DNA from: Bacteroidales bacterium
GTDB lineage: Bacteria; Bacteroidota; Bacteroidia; Bacteroidales; Paludibacteraceae
NCBI GenBank assembly: GCA_038222885.1
Contig: JBBRHJ010000001.1
Span: 31,845 to 95,844, forward strand
Direction of reading: 5' to 3'
DNA length: 64,000 bases
This document shows, in pieces, positions 34,452 to 44,791 of this stretch. The position numbers and the translations under genes are program-made. The stretch's first letter is position 1. Every line of letters begins with the position of its first letter. Under the pieces are notes generated by a model, which saw nothing but the letters and a program-made list of their open reading frames with translations, did no database searches and was not told where the DNA came from.

Positions 34452-37070
34452 TTATTGGATGATAAGTTGTTTATTGATTGTATTATTTTGAATAGTAGAT
34501 ATCGAAACGATATAAACTCCTGAGTTAAATACCTTGTTCAACACCAAACTATTGGAATTCATTAGTTGTTGTTCCATTATTTGTCCATAAGTATTGTAAA
34601 CTCTTACCATCATTTCGGAATTACTCTCTTTTGCCTTAACAACTATTTGTCTGTTTGCATTTTGATACACACTTATATTATTTAACAATTCAGTTGGTTC
34701 GGTAATACCAGTAGTAACAGATGGCGATTTGAAAATTAGGCTGAAACGATTGGTAGTTGAGATACTATCTGACTTAAAATTGTAAGGAGTATTAATAGTT
34801 AATTCGGTAACCTTATCTAATGATTTGTCTTTTAAGAAAATTTGTGTTCCTTCCTCTATATTAGTTATTTCATTAGCTATTATGCTGTAATCGTTTGTTT
34901 CACCAACTTTAAAACCAATAGTTACTTCAGTTTCGGGGGTTAACTCATTACGTCCATTTATTGCCAATCTTTCAGTACCTTCCTGCGTAAATATCTCAGG
35001 TTGAAGTCTGTTGTTATTGAACATCTTTGGAGAATCATATATGTCGTAATTATCCGAAGCATTCTGATTAAAATAAACTACAGCTTCATCTTTATACGTT
35101 CCGTTTGATACTTGTAAACGAATAATTTTTTGTGTCGAATTTGCAGCTTTTGGCGCTCTAAACTTATTATTAGCATCTATTATATGATCACGCATCGTGT
35201 TCGTAAAATTCAATTTGCCAGATGCAACTCCATTTTTTAAACGTACCCAGAAAGCTTGCATTGGAGGCACATAAGCAGTTACTGAATAACCACTACCGCC
35301 AGTACTTAAAGCACTTGGAATATTATAGGTATCGAAACCCCAAGATCCATTTTTACTTCGCAACCAATACGTTGGCTCTATCACAGAGCTACTTGCAAAT
35401 CCATCCATATTGAGATACGAAGGATAAGGATTTCCGATGAGGTTAAATCCAGTCAAAGGAGTGGTACGTGTTAAAAGTTCTGTTTCGATGTTGCCATTAT
35501 TAAGTTTAGCACCAGTAGTGGAACTAAAACTAATGGTTGTGGGCTGACTTGGTAAGGCAATTAGACCCACTGTTGGAATTATTTCAACAGCACTACCAAC
35601 CGATTGCCAATAAGTAGTGGCTGGAGCAACAGGACTTGCATTAGAACCATCCTCGAGATAACGGAAATAAGTAAAATTAGTTGGAGTAGTGGAACTTACA
35701 AGTGGCGATGTTAAATACCAATTGCGTGCTGCACTTAAATATTGTTTGGCAGTGGCTTGTCCTGTAATATTTGTAGTTCCAAGGTCAACATAAGTACCAG
35801 TACCGCTGGCATCACTTTCTAAGGAAATGTCGGTAGTAGTTATGGAATTTCCTGTATTATTAGTAACTTTAGCTCCTTTCTCAATTGTTAATTTACCTAA
35901 GGTACGTGCATCATTTAAGTTTAAGGTTGCTCCAGGGCTTACTACAAATTCAGATGTGGTATTATCGGGCAATGAAGTTAAGTCTTTAGTACCAGCCACT
36001 ATAACTCGTGGATTAGGATTGCCATTGATACTAATTTCATCAAAATAGTAATTTCCTACAATATTGCCATTATTAACACCACATTTAATACTAATCCCAG
36101 ATACATAAGGAAGTGCATTTAGATCGAGAACTACATCTTCCCAAGTATCAGCTGAAGTAATTGTATATGGTCTATCCTTAATTGTCGAGATATTATCTTT
36201 CCGTGCATCAAGGGATATTTTTGCATTGTCAGCGGGTACAGTCATCATGACATGAAGATATCGGTGTTCTGCATCTACAAAAACTGGATTTACAAATTCA
36301 AATTGAAATCCTGCCCAAAAATTTGTACCACTAACATACGTCCGTTTCCCACAATTGGCAGTAGTATTAATCCCATTTGTAAATGGATTTGACTCTGGAT
36401 AAGTTACTACACCATTAACTGTTGTAAATGTAACGATGTCTGAAATTGATGATGGTACAGCAGCCTCAAAATCATATATATTCCTATATTCAGCATCATT
36501 GTAGATTAATCCCCTTGGGGTAGGTGAATCATTAATGATAACTTCATCAAGATAAGCAAAACCAGTATTAGTTGCTAAAACATTATTTACAACTGGATTT
36601 GCAAAGGTTGAACTACAATCAAATTGGATATTCATACCTGTAACGCTATAATCAACCGCATCGGGATTTTTAAGTTCGATAACGATATCCTGCCATTCAC
36701 CAATTCTCACATAACCTCTATATGGTTTATAAGTTTTAGAAGGTCCTGTTAAAACTACTTGAAAATAAGGACGTGCATCGTATTTTGCTAAAATATGTAA
36801 ATACTTGCTAGTGCCTTTTGTTACGACAAATGATTTTGTTAAAGGAATTGCAGAGTAATAATTATTTTGATTACTCCGACCGACCCGAACTACATTAGCC
36901 GTAGTATTAATACCTGCGATTAAGGGGTTTGCAACCAATGCAGAGGTTGCTCCTGCCGAACCGACAGGTGCAGTACCTGATTCAAAATCGGCAACTACAA
37001 TATCAGCCGAGTAGACTTGGGCTGAAATAGCAAAGAATACTGCTATACAAATTAAAGTAATTTTTTTCAT
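34452..37070 (-). CDS. Secreted non-catalytic protein: two tandem CBM-like domains + NLIGNPYPS-type stalk + T9SS CTD
   Basis: Signal peptide; internal repeat DFE..NP..GINTTAN..YLH..W.D.V..L..DE..IN..P.PR twice; NLIGNPYPSYLN, PPMQAFWV; C-terminal SGVYIV..KQLIIQ. Confidence 0.75.
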   Translation of the reverse strand: MKKITLICIAVFFAISAQVYSADIVVADFESGTAPVGSAGATSALVANPLIAGINTTANVVRVGRSNQNNYYSAIPLTKSFVVTKGTSKYLHILAKYDARPYFQVVLTGPSKTYKPYRGYVRIGEWQDIVIELKNPDAVDYSVTGMNIQFDCSSTFANPVVNNVLATNTGFAYLDEVIINDSPTPRGLIYNDAEYRNIYDFEAAVPSSISDIVTFTTVNGVVTYPESNPFTNGINTTANCGKRTYVSGTNFWAGFQFEFVNPVFVDAEHRYLHVMMTVPADNAKISLDARKDNISTIKDRPYTITSADTWEDVVLDLNALPYVSGISIKCGVNNGNIVGNYYFDEISINGNPNPRVIVAGTKDLTSLPDNTTSEFVVSPGATLNLNDARTLGKLTIEKGAKVTNNTGNSITTTDISLESDASGTGTYVDLGTTNITGQATAKQYLSAARNWYLTSPLVSSTTPTNFTYFRYLEDGSNASPVAPATTYWQSVGSAVEIIPTVGLIALPSQPTTISFSSTTGAKLNNGNIETELLTRTTPLTGFNLIGNPYPSYLNMDGFASSSVIEPTYWLRSKNGSWGFDTYNIPSALSTGGSGYSVTAYVPPMQAFWVRLKNGVASGKLNFTNTMRDHIIDANNKFRAPKAANSTQKIIRLQVSNGTYKDEAVVYFNQNASDNYDIYDSPKMFNNNRLQPEIFTQEGTERLAINGRNELTPETEVTIGFKVGETNDYSIIANEITNIEEGTQIFLKDKSLDKVTELTINTPYNFKSDSISTTNRFSLIFKSPSVTTGITEPTELLNNISVYQNANRQIVVKAKESNSEMMVRVYNTYGQIMEQQLMNSNSLVLNKVFNSGVYIVSISTIQNNTINKQLIIQ

Positions 37071-37106
37071 ACAATTTCATTTTTTAGAGGGTTATATTTA
37101 TCGCAA

Positions 37107-37173
37107 CAAAGAAACTTGAATAAAAAACTTAAAACAATGGATTATTTAATTAAATACATGGCTATTATTCTTA
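37107..37173 (-). promoter_or_regulatory. Promoter of the 872-aa T9SS gene with the same direct-repeat operator
   Basis: ATGG at 37137 and 37158 (21-bp spacing), 30 and 51 nt from the end of the -7 box TTTCTTTG. Confidence 0.65.
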
Positions 37174-37335
37174 TGGTTTTAGATGTAAGTTCATAATACT
37201 AAAAGATTCATATTTTTTAATATATGTTGGAGTTATCGATTTGAGTAGTCTTCTTTTTCGGTTACTCGGATTAAATTGTTGAAACATCAATTGAGAAATG
37301 AAATTAAATAAGCGAATTTAAAATATCATATACAC

Positions 37336-39405
37336 TTATTTGTAAGAGTGAAACAAAACTTTTGAAGACAAAGGTTGCTCAACTATTCCTGGTCTACTCC
37401 ATTCAAATTTAAGCATTGGCTTACTTGAATTTTTTAGTACACTTAATAGAAATGGATGAAAACCTTTCTTAAGCAGAATTTTGGCACTTATCTTTGTTCC
37501 AGCTTTGTAACCGAAATCTTCATCGATAACTGAGCACTCATGAATCTTCAAAAATGCTCCGATATCAGTTGTTAACGAAAATTCATATTCACCATCTTCT
37601 GGTATTAGAATAAATCCATCGAAAACCAACACACCTTTCCATTTCTGTGGCATTACATTCATCAATGGATTCGATTTTATTCCTGATTTTTCAGAATTAA
37701 GATTACTTACATTGGGTACCCAGGGAAATTCTCCCTTGTAGGCATTCCAAATTACTCCTGTTTTTAAATTTTCTACATTTATAGCAGGAATAAGTTCATT
37801 ATCATACGGACGAGCAGCCGACTCATTAGGCCGACGTGATTGGAGAACTTTGTCCTTCATCTTTTGCTGCATTTCATTCATTTCAGGCTTTAATGCTAGA
37901 TTTACAACTTGCTGCGGGTCAGTTTTTATATTGTAAATTTCAAAATTATCCTTTTGAGATTTAATATTGTATCTAACTCCTACCAAATCGCCAAAACGGA
38001 TCATCTGCATTTGATTTCTTTTCAAGCCCTTGTGAGCATTAATAAAATCGGAATACTTTGGAGTATTTCCTCCTTCAAAATACTCTACATATACCAAAGC
38101 TTCCTTTTGATTTCCAGTTCGAGTTAACGAAGGAAAAAGTGAAACTCCATCTGTATTTGCCGGAGCTGGAATCCTAGCGATCTGAGCAAAAGTAGGCAAC
38201 CAATCATAAGATATGTTAGGAGTTTCAATTTTAGTGTTTTCAGGTATTTTTCCCGGCCAACAAGCAATCGCAGGAACACGCACTCCACCCTCAAAACAGT
38301 CTCGTTTTATTCCATCAAATGGACCAAAACCTTTGAAAAAATTTGGTTCGAAATTTTCTTTCAAATAAGATTCTCTTGATGGTCCGTTATCTGAAGTAAA
38401 CACTACCAGCGTATTTTTATCAATATTTAAATCTATTAGCAACTGCCGTATATCAGCTACAGCATCATCTATTCTTCGAGTATCTGTTGCATATCTTTTA
38501 TAAACATCAGGCCAAGGAATTTCTGAAGTAGTTGGATTTTTATCGTTATCGTAAGTTGCATTCACATAATCGGGATGTATCCAGCTATCCACATTACCAG
38601 TTGCTGTATTTATCATGTTACCTTGTTTCCCTAAATACTGCAAGCCTCCTTTAAGTCCACCACCTTGGGGGTAAGCCTGAGTTGGGAGTTCTAGAACAGC
38701 ATGTGGAGTATCATAAGCAAGGTATACAAAAAATGGTTTATTTTTATTCTCACCCTTCTTTTGTTCAATTATCCATCTCTTTGCATAAGCCGTCCATAAG
38801 TCTGTTGTATAACATTTATCTAATCCTTCCGAAACTTCAGTATAATTTTCATACACTTCTTTTCTTCCATCATAGATTCCTTCTTTCGGGTAATGTTCGT
38901 GTCCATCTTTATGCCTCATATATCCATAAAAATAATCGAATCCTCGTTTGTTGGGATGTGCAGGCCAATTTGGTTCATCTAAAGTTTTTCCTTGCAACCC
39001 CCATTTCCCAATAGCTGCCGTATTATATCCTGCCTCCTTTAATACTGTTGCAAGAGTATGATTGTCAGCCAATTCTTTATCAAACTGATTGTCACGTACA
39101 TTGGCATGACCTTGACTTAATCCTGTTAACAAGGAGCCACGTGAGGGAGCACTTACAGGAGCAGCACAATAATGATTTGTCAACTGAACTCCATTACTTG
39201 CCATTTTATCAAGGTTGGGTGTTAACGCATAAGGTTGACTCCTATCATTAAGCAATGCCAATTTATTTTGAAAGAAAACACCCACATCACCATATCCTAA
39301 ATCATCAGTAAATATTAAAATAATATTCGGTTTTGTTTCCTGACTTAAAATATTTGCAGGTATAAATAATACAGATAAAGCAGACTTAAAAAAGATGGAT
39401 TTCAT
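37336..39405 (-). CDS. S1 sulfatase, Ser-type, with C-terminal PA14 domain
   Basis: PNIILIFTDDLG, SAPSRGS, GKWG, SDNGP; FDGFILIPEDGEYEFSLTTD..LKKGFHPF (PA14). Confidence 0.9.
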   Translation of the reverse strand: MKSIFFKSALSVLFIPANILSQETKPNIILIFTDDLGYGDVGVFFQNKLALLNDRSQPYALTPNLDKMASNGVQLTNHYCAAPVSAPSRGSLLTGLSQGHANVRDNQFDKELADNHTLATVLKEAGYNTAAIGKWGLQGKTLDEPNWPAHPNKRGFDYFYGYMRHKDGHEHYPKEGIYDGRKEVYENYTEVSEGLDKCYTTDLWTAYAKRWIIEQKKGENKNKPFFVYLAYDTPHAVLELPTQAYPQGGGLKGGLQYLGKQGNMINTATGNVDSWIHPDYVNATYDNDKNPTTSEIPWPDVYKRYATDTRRIDDAVADIRQLLIDLNIDKNTLVVFTSDNGPSRESYLKENFEPNFFKGFGPFDGIKRDCFEGGVRVPAIACWPGKIPENTKIETPNISYDWLPTFAQIARIPAPANTDGVSLFPSLTRTGNQKEALVYVEYFEGGNTPKYSDFINAHKGLKRNQMQMIRFGDLVGVRYNIKSQKDNFEIYNIKTDPQQVVNLALKPEMNEMQQKMKDKVLQSRRPNESAARPYDNELIPAINVENLKTGVIWNAYKGEFPWVPNVSNLNSEKSGIKSNPLMNVMPQKWKGVLVFDGFILIPEDGEYEFSLTTDIGAFLKIHECSVIDEDFGYKAGTKISAKILLKKGFHPFLLSVLKNSSKPMLKFEWSRPGIVEQPLSSKVLFHSYK

Positions 39406-39466
39406 AAAATCAGATTTTTTATTATATAAAAACTCAGGTATTTAAAACTAAGGATTAATTTATTTA

Positions 39467-40090
39467 CTACTTTTTCACTTCAAATTTCTCTTGATTTAAT
39501 CCATTTGGTGTAGAAATCTGAAGTATATACAATCTGGAAGAAAGTGTATTCTTCAATTTAAGTTCAAAATCAGAATTTAGTCTTTCGAATATCTCATACA
39601 TTTTCACACCATTAATTGAGTAGACCATTACTGAATTTAGTTTTGTGTTTTCAGGCAACTTTATTTTAAAGTCCCCATTGTTCGGATTTGGATAAACCTC
39701 TATTTTACGATCAACCCTTGGAGTTTCTATGCCAGTTTGGTTCATATTAACCCTTTTGAAAAACGCACAATTCTGATTGTAACTTGTTGAAGTTGTTGTT
39801 TTAGGAGTATATAAATCAATGATTGAACCACTTAAAGGATTGTCGCCAGATACAGTAACAGCTTTGCCATTTGATTTGTTAATTATCTGATAAAAAGAGT
39901 TGCCTACAGATTTTAAAGTCCAAAGTTGTGTATCTGAAACTACGTAATCTTCAAAAACAGTGGCAACGCCATTTGCTGCCAAATACTTATTCAATTTTGT
40001 ATTTTTAATTCTGTAAAAATCACCTACAATTTCTAAAATAAATGGGATAATAGAGCTATAATCATCTATCCATTCGGTAATTACACCCTT
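39467..40090 (-). pseudogene. 5'-truncated ricin-B/CBM13-like + T9SS CTD fragment
   Basis: Frame stays open upstream of the TTG at 39994 (KGVITEWIDDYSSIIPFILEIVGDFYRIKN) to a TAG near 40091; QLW..FYQIINKSNGKAV ricin repeat; VYPNPNNG CTD; no signal peptide. Confidence 0.75.
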
Positions 40091-40099
40091 CTATAAGTT

Positions 40100-40315
40100 G
40101 TTTCAGATAATATCGCTCAGATGGAACTAAGATTTTGTTATTAATATTTCTACCTCCAGATAATTATCTGGATTCGTTCCTACGGAACTTTTTATACTAG
40201 CTGCATCGCAGCGATTCCCGAATGGCTATCGGGGAGGTAGTCAACAAGTTACAAATACACCAGAACTCCATCGGAGCGACATTATTTGATTGCTTTTCTT
40301 TACAGGACAACAATG
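40100..40315. mobile_element. Decayed second copy of the 3453-3699 MITE (right TIR kept, left end lost)
   Basis: Shared blocks TTTCAGATAATATCGC, TTCGTTCCTACGGAACTT, GGTAGTCAACAAGTTACAAA, CTCCATCGGAGCGACATTATTTGAT, TTTACAGGACAACAATG. Confidence 0.88.
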
Positions 40316-40433
40316 ATAATTAATCTGCTATCAAATAGTTCAATTAACTGAAACCTGATTTATTACAGTTCTAAAATAAATACATTGAAATCTTTTAGAA
40401 TATACTATCTCTGAATAGATTGTAGGTCAGTAA

Positions 40434-43400
40434 TTAATGAATGACCGAAGTTGCTTCAAGAATTGTTTTATGTATCTGTGCTCCCTGATGGTTAATATCC
40501 ATATTGGTGGCTTTCGATAGATGTTTATCAGCTTTTTCATTTTTACCCAATCCTAAATATCCTAATCCTAACATATAATTGCAATGAATTTTATTACGGT
40601 AAGTCAAGTCATCATCCCATATAAGTAAGTCGGGGAGTGAAACGGCAAAATAATCCATTTTAATTTCATCATTTAGATGGGCATTTCCATAATCAATCAA
40701 TTTACTAAATCGTTGATTGGCTTCGTCTTTACGTCCTAACTTCAACAAAGCAAGTCCCTGATAATAAATCTTATCAGGCTTTTGGTCGTTATAAAAAATC
40801 GCAGCAGCAGGTTCAGAACTTCCATCTTTGGCAAGTTCCCAATATTTATGCGCATTATCCATTTGTCCTAAACCTTTGTAAGCACATCCCATGTAATAAT
40901 TAAAATCATTTTCTTGTGCCCCAGTTAGTTTGCCTTCTCCTAAATTATGAGGATATAGCAAACATTGATTTAATAATTCGATTGCTGCTCTATATTCTGA
41001 TGCTACAATAGATTGTTTGGCCAATTCAATACGACAAATTTGGTATTGCGCAGGCACTTTTCCTTCACCACCTTCCCATGGGTGAAATTGTCTCTTATCA
41101 ATCAATTCCTTCGCCTGTTTGTAATCGCCTGTTTGGTTACATAAAGTAGCATATTCCAAAAAGAGGTCATCACGTTGTTGCACCAATTCAAAATATTGAT
41201 TGAGGAATGCAATTCGTTCACTGTGCGGACGACAGATTCGTTTGTAAAGTTGATCCAATTCCATTAAAATTCGAGCATCGCTTGTGTTCAATTCAAAAGC
41301 TTTTTCCAAAGAAGCAAGTGCTTTCTCCTGATCATTCAATTTATTGAAATTAGCCAACGCTAAATTTCGATGAACAGTTGGGAACGTATCGTCAATTTCG
41401 ACCGATTTTTCCCAACAAATGATAGCTTCGGTATATTGACGTTTGTCATACCAAAGATTTCCCAGATAATAAGGAGCTTTGGCGTCATTCCGATTCACCT
41501 CTTGAGCACATTGCAACGCAAGAATAGCTTCCAGCCGATTTGGGAAACAGTATCCTGGCGAATGTACGGCAGCTTCTGCAAAAGCAGTAGTGCTATCTTT
41601 ACCATCAAGCTGTAATGCCCAACCCATATAGTAATAAGACATTGGATTAGTCTTACAAACTTTTACCCCTGCTTCCAATAATTTTACAGACTCTGCGTAC
41701 AATCCAGCAGCAATATAATCCAATGCCACTATTTCATAATTATGAATTTCGGAGTGCATTAATTCATTCAACTCTGCTAAAACCTCGGTATCATTATTAA
41801 TTAAATACTTTTCAAAACGACACCCAAAGTTAAATAAATCAATTTTCAATGAATCTTCGATAAAATTCAATGCGTCCTCTTTTCTATCTAATTTCCTTAG
41901 AATCGCCGTTTTAAGTAAACGAGCATTGTTATTGTGCCAATTTCGGACAAGTGATTTATCTACCTCGAAGAGAGCTTCAGATAAATTGTCATTCATGCAC
42001 GAAATTTGAGCACAATTATAATATCCAGCATCTTGCATAGCTGCATTCCAACATGCTTTATAAAATGCGTCGTAAGCTTCTTTATTTTTTCCTTGAAATT
42101 TATACGACAATCCAAGGTTATAATGCGGTTCGCCATCATACGGATTTGGATTTCGCTGTAATTGAGTTTTGATCGCAAGGTTGAAATACTTTTCAGCTTC
42201 AGCAAATTTACCACGACGCAATAGCCACAAACCCATGGCATTATTGTTCCGTACGTCCGAAGGTTCACGTTTTAATGCCTCTAAATAATAATCGGGTGCA
42301 TTGTATGTGGCATGTCTGTATTGCTCCAAATGCAAACCAGTAAGATATAATTGTTCGCAAGTGGCAGTTTCTTCTGGCGACAAAGCAACCTTGGCTGCTT
42401 CAGCCTGAGGTCGTTCAACTTTTTTTGATATTATATTCAACAATTCTCTGCCAGTAGAATTATAGACCCTCAAACATAAATCGTCCAACGACAGTTTGCC
42501 AATCTCTACTTCTTTTTCATATACATTTTCGGGACTTAAATCAAGTGTTTCGTCCAGAAAACCTTCTAAAACAACTCTTGCATTCTTTTGCAAAGAGGTG
42601 GCAAATATTTTCACTACTGCCTTGTTCCCAATTTTATCAAGATTCAACAAAATGTCCGAAGAAGCATTTTTAACTACTCCCAACTCTCGATAAGGTAGGA
42701 AATACTGAGTGAATGTTTTTTCTTCATAAGGATTTATCCATGAGAAATCTGGCTGATTATCTGTAAAAACACCTGCCATTAATTCAATATACGGTCCATC
42801 TTCGTCAGTAAGATTTCTGTCCCATGCTTTTCCGAAATCGCCATTTCCCCAAGTCCATTGTTTTTTGCCTGGCGAAACATGATGATTGGCTACATGTAAA
42901 ACTCCTGCTTGGGTATCGTTTTCGTAACCACCCACAAAGTTAAATTCCGAATTAATTGCCATATAGGATGTTGGCACAGGGATATTTTTATAATTTGAAA
43001 TATCCACTCCTGCTGAATAATCTACTTTGTAATAAGTGCCAGTGGCTATCGGGAAAGTAGAAACATCTCGTTTACCATGATCGAATACGGCGTGTACATC
43101 AGGTGGAAAAACTGATTGATAAAAATCATTTACCGCAACAGCTGGGTTGGCCCACCATAGAAATGTTTGTGGAAAAGGTGTTGGATTAAATAATTTGGCT
43201 TTTATCTCCAAATACGCTTTACCAGGATGTAAAGTAAAGCCAGCCATCCCTTTCTGATGGAACATTTTTTCATTTTCACTCACCCATACAGTTACACTTC
43301 CATCGGCATTATGTTCGATGCTATAATCGACAGGCAAAAATGTACTTGGACGATGATGCTGTGGCCAGTTAAACTCTATACCGCCCGAAATCCAAGGGCC

Positions 43401-43715
43401 TGTAAGTCCTACCAATGCGGGTTTTATAACTTGATTATAATAAATAAAATGGCGTTGCTTAATTTTATCGTAAGCCATTTGAACCCGTCCACCCAATTCA
43501 GGTAGAATCATGATTTTAATGTATTCATTCTCTATATAAACAGCCTTATATGTTTTGTCTACTTTTTCATCGGCTATTTTTTCAACTACTGGATATGGAT
43601 ACACCGCACCACTACTTCCCTGATACACACGTTTTTCTAAAAAAATTGGATTCTTTTCGGCTTCACCTATTTCGTAGGTAGGAATAACAACTTCCTCTTC
43701 CCATGCATTTACCAT
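40434..43715 (-). CDS. DUF5107 + TPR protein (YphG-like)
   Basis: VYQGSSGAVYPYP, LPELGGR, KPALVGLTGPWISGGIEFNWPQHHRP, multiple TPRs, FHPWEGGEGK; no signal peptide. Confidence 0.88.
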   Translation of the reverse strand: MVNAWEEEVVIPTYEIGEAEKNPIFLEKRVYQGSSGAVYPYPVVEKIADEKVDKTYKAVYIENEYIKIMILPELGGRVQMAYDKIKQRHFIYYNQVIKPALVGLTGPWISGGIEFNWPQHHRPSTFLPVDYSIEHNADGSVTVWVSENEKMFHQKGMAGFTLHPGKAYLEIKAKLFNPTPFPQTFLWWANPAVAVNDFYQSVFPPDVHAVFDHGKRDVSTFPIATGTYYKVDYSAGVDISNYKNIPVPTSYMAINSEFNFVGGYENDTQAGVLHVANHHVSPGKKQWTWGNGDFGKAWDRNLTDEDGPYIELMAGVFTDNQPDFSWINPYEEKTFTQYFLPYRELGVVKNASSDILLNLDKIGNKAVVKIFATSLQKNARVVLEGFLDETLDLSPENVYEKEVEIGKLSLDDLCLRVYNSTGRELLNIISKKVERPQAEAAKVALSPEETATCEQLYLTGLHLEQYRHATYNAPDYYLEALKREPSDVRNNNAMGLWLLRRGKFAEAEKYFNLAIKTQLQRNPNPYDGEPHYNLGLSYKFQGKNKEAYDAFYKACWNAAMQDAGYYNCAQISCMNDNLSEALFEVDKSLVRNWHNNNARLLKTAILRKLDRKEDALNFIEDSLKIDLFNFGCRFEKYLINNDTEVLAELNELMHSEIHNYEIVALDYIAAGLYAESVKLLEAGVKVCKTNPMSYYYMGWALQLDGKDSTTAFAEAAVHSPGYCFPNRLEAILALQCAQEVNRNDAKAPYYLGNLWYDKRQYTEAIICWEKSVEIDDTFPTVHRNLALANFNKLNDQEKALASLEKAFELNTSDARILMELDQLYKRICRPHSERIAFLNQYFELVQQRDDLFLEYATLCNQTGDYKQAKELIDKRQFHPWEGGEGKVPAQYQICRIELAKQSIVASEYRAAIELLNQCLLYPHNLGEGKLTGAQENDFNYYMGCAYKGLGQMDNAHKYWELAKDGSSEPAAAIFYNDQKPDKIYYQGLALLKLGRKDEANQRFSKLIDYGNAHLNDEIKMDYFAVSLPDLLIWDDDLTYRNKIHCNYMLGLGYLGLGKNEKADKHLSKATNMDINHQGAQIHKTILEATSVIH

Positions 43716-43742
43716 AATATTGTTACTTAATTTTTTATTTAA

Positions 43743-44777
43743 CTATTCGACTGAGAATTTATAAACACAGCATTCATCATATTTTTTATCTGGACGTAGA
43801 ATTGCACTCGGAAAATGTGATATATTTGGAGCATTTGGAAACCCTTGGGTTTCAAGACATATTGCACTATGAATACCATATTTATTATTGTATTTGCCTA
43901 CTTGTTCTTCAATCCAGTTACCTGTATATATTTGAATTCCAGGCATTGTGGTATAAACTTCCATTTTTCGGCCACTCTTATGCTCATACAATGTGGCAGC
44001 AAGATCAATTTCTTTTGGCCCTGTTTTTTTAATAATCCAATTATTGTCTATTCCTTTTCCACTTATAAACTCCTTATCTTGTATTCGCTCCGAAATTGGA
44101 GTTGGACTTCGGAAATCAAGTGGCGTATTTTCCAGCCTTTTTATTTCTCCTGTAAGCGTATCATCGGCATCCTTAGTGGTATAAAAATCGGCATTTACTG
44201 TTAATAAATGATTGTAAATTTTTTCATCACCAGCTCCATTCAGGTTAAAATATGAATGATTACATAGATTTACAATTGTTGGCTTATCAGTTATTGCTTC
44301 AAAATGAATCTTCAATTCATTATCATCTGTTATATGATATGTTACGATAACATTCAAATTTCCAGGATAACCTTCTTCATTATCTGGAGATAAATATTGA
44401 AGTGTTAATGAATCATCAGACGAAGAAATAAAATCCCAAACTTTTGATTCGAAACCTTTAAGTCCACCGTGTAAATGATTTCCTCTATCATTTCGACTCA
44501 AATTGTATTCTGTTCCATCAATCCTAAATGTTCCATTTTTTATTCTATTGGCAAACCTACCACAAACCGCCCCAAAATAGGGTTCTTTTACTAAATATTC
44601 ATCTATACTATCAAAACCTAATACTACATCATCAAATTTTCCATCTTTGTCTGAAACTAAAAGTCGCATTATTTTTGCGCCAAAATTCGTTATTTCTGCA
44701 TACATTCCTTTTTTATTACGTATTTGATATACGTAGATAGGTTTGTTATCAAAAATGTAACTATTTTGAGTTTTCAT
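43743..44777 (-). CDS. galM: Aldose 1-epimerase (mutarotase)
   Basis: GRFANRI, HLHGG, EGYPGNL, NHSYFNL, CLETQ. Confidence 0.93.
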   Translation of the reverse strand: MKTQNSYIFDNKPIYVYQIRNKKGMYAEITNFGAKIMRLLVSDKDGKFDDVVLGFDSIDEYLVKEPYFGAVCGRFANRIKNGTFRIDGTEYNLSRNDRGNHLHGGLKGFESKVWDFISSSDDSLTLQYLSPDNEEGYPGNLNVIVTYHITDDNELKIHFEAITDKPTIVNLCNHSYFNLNGAGDEKIYNHLLTVNADFYTTKDADDTLTGEIKRLENTPLDFRSPTPISERIQDKEFISGKGIDNNWIIKKTGPKEIDLAATLYEHKSGRKMEVYTTMPGIQIYTGNWIEEQVGKYNNKYGIHSAICLETQGFPNAPNISHFPSAILRPDKKYDECCVYKFSVE

Positions 44778-44791
44778 TCAATTAGTTATCG

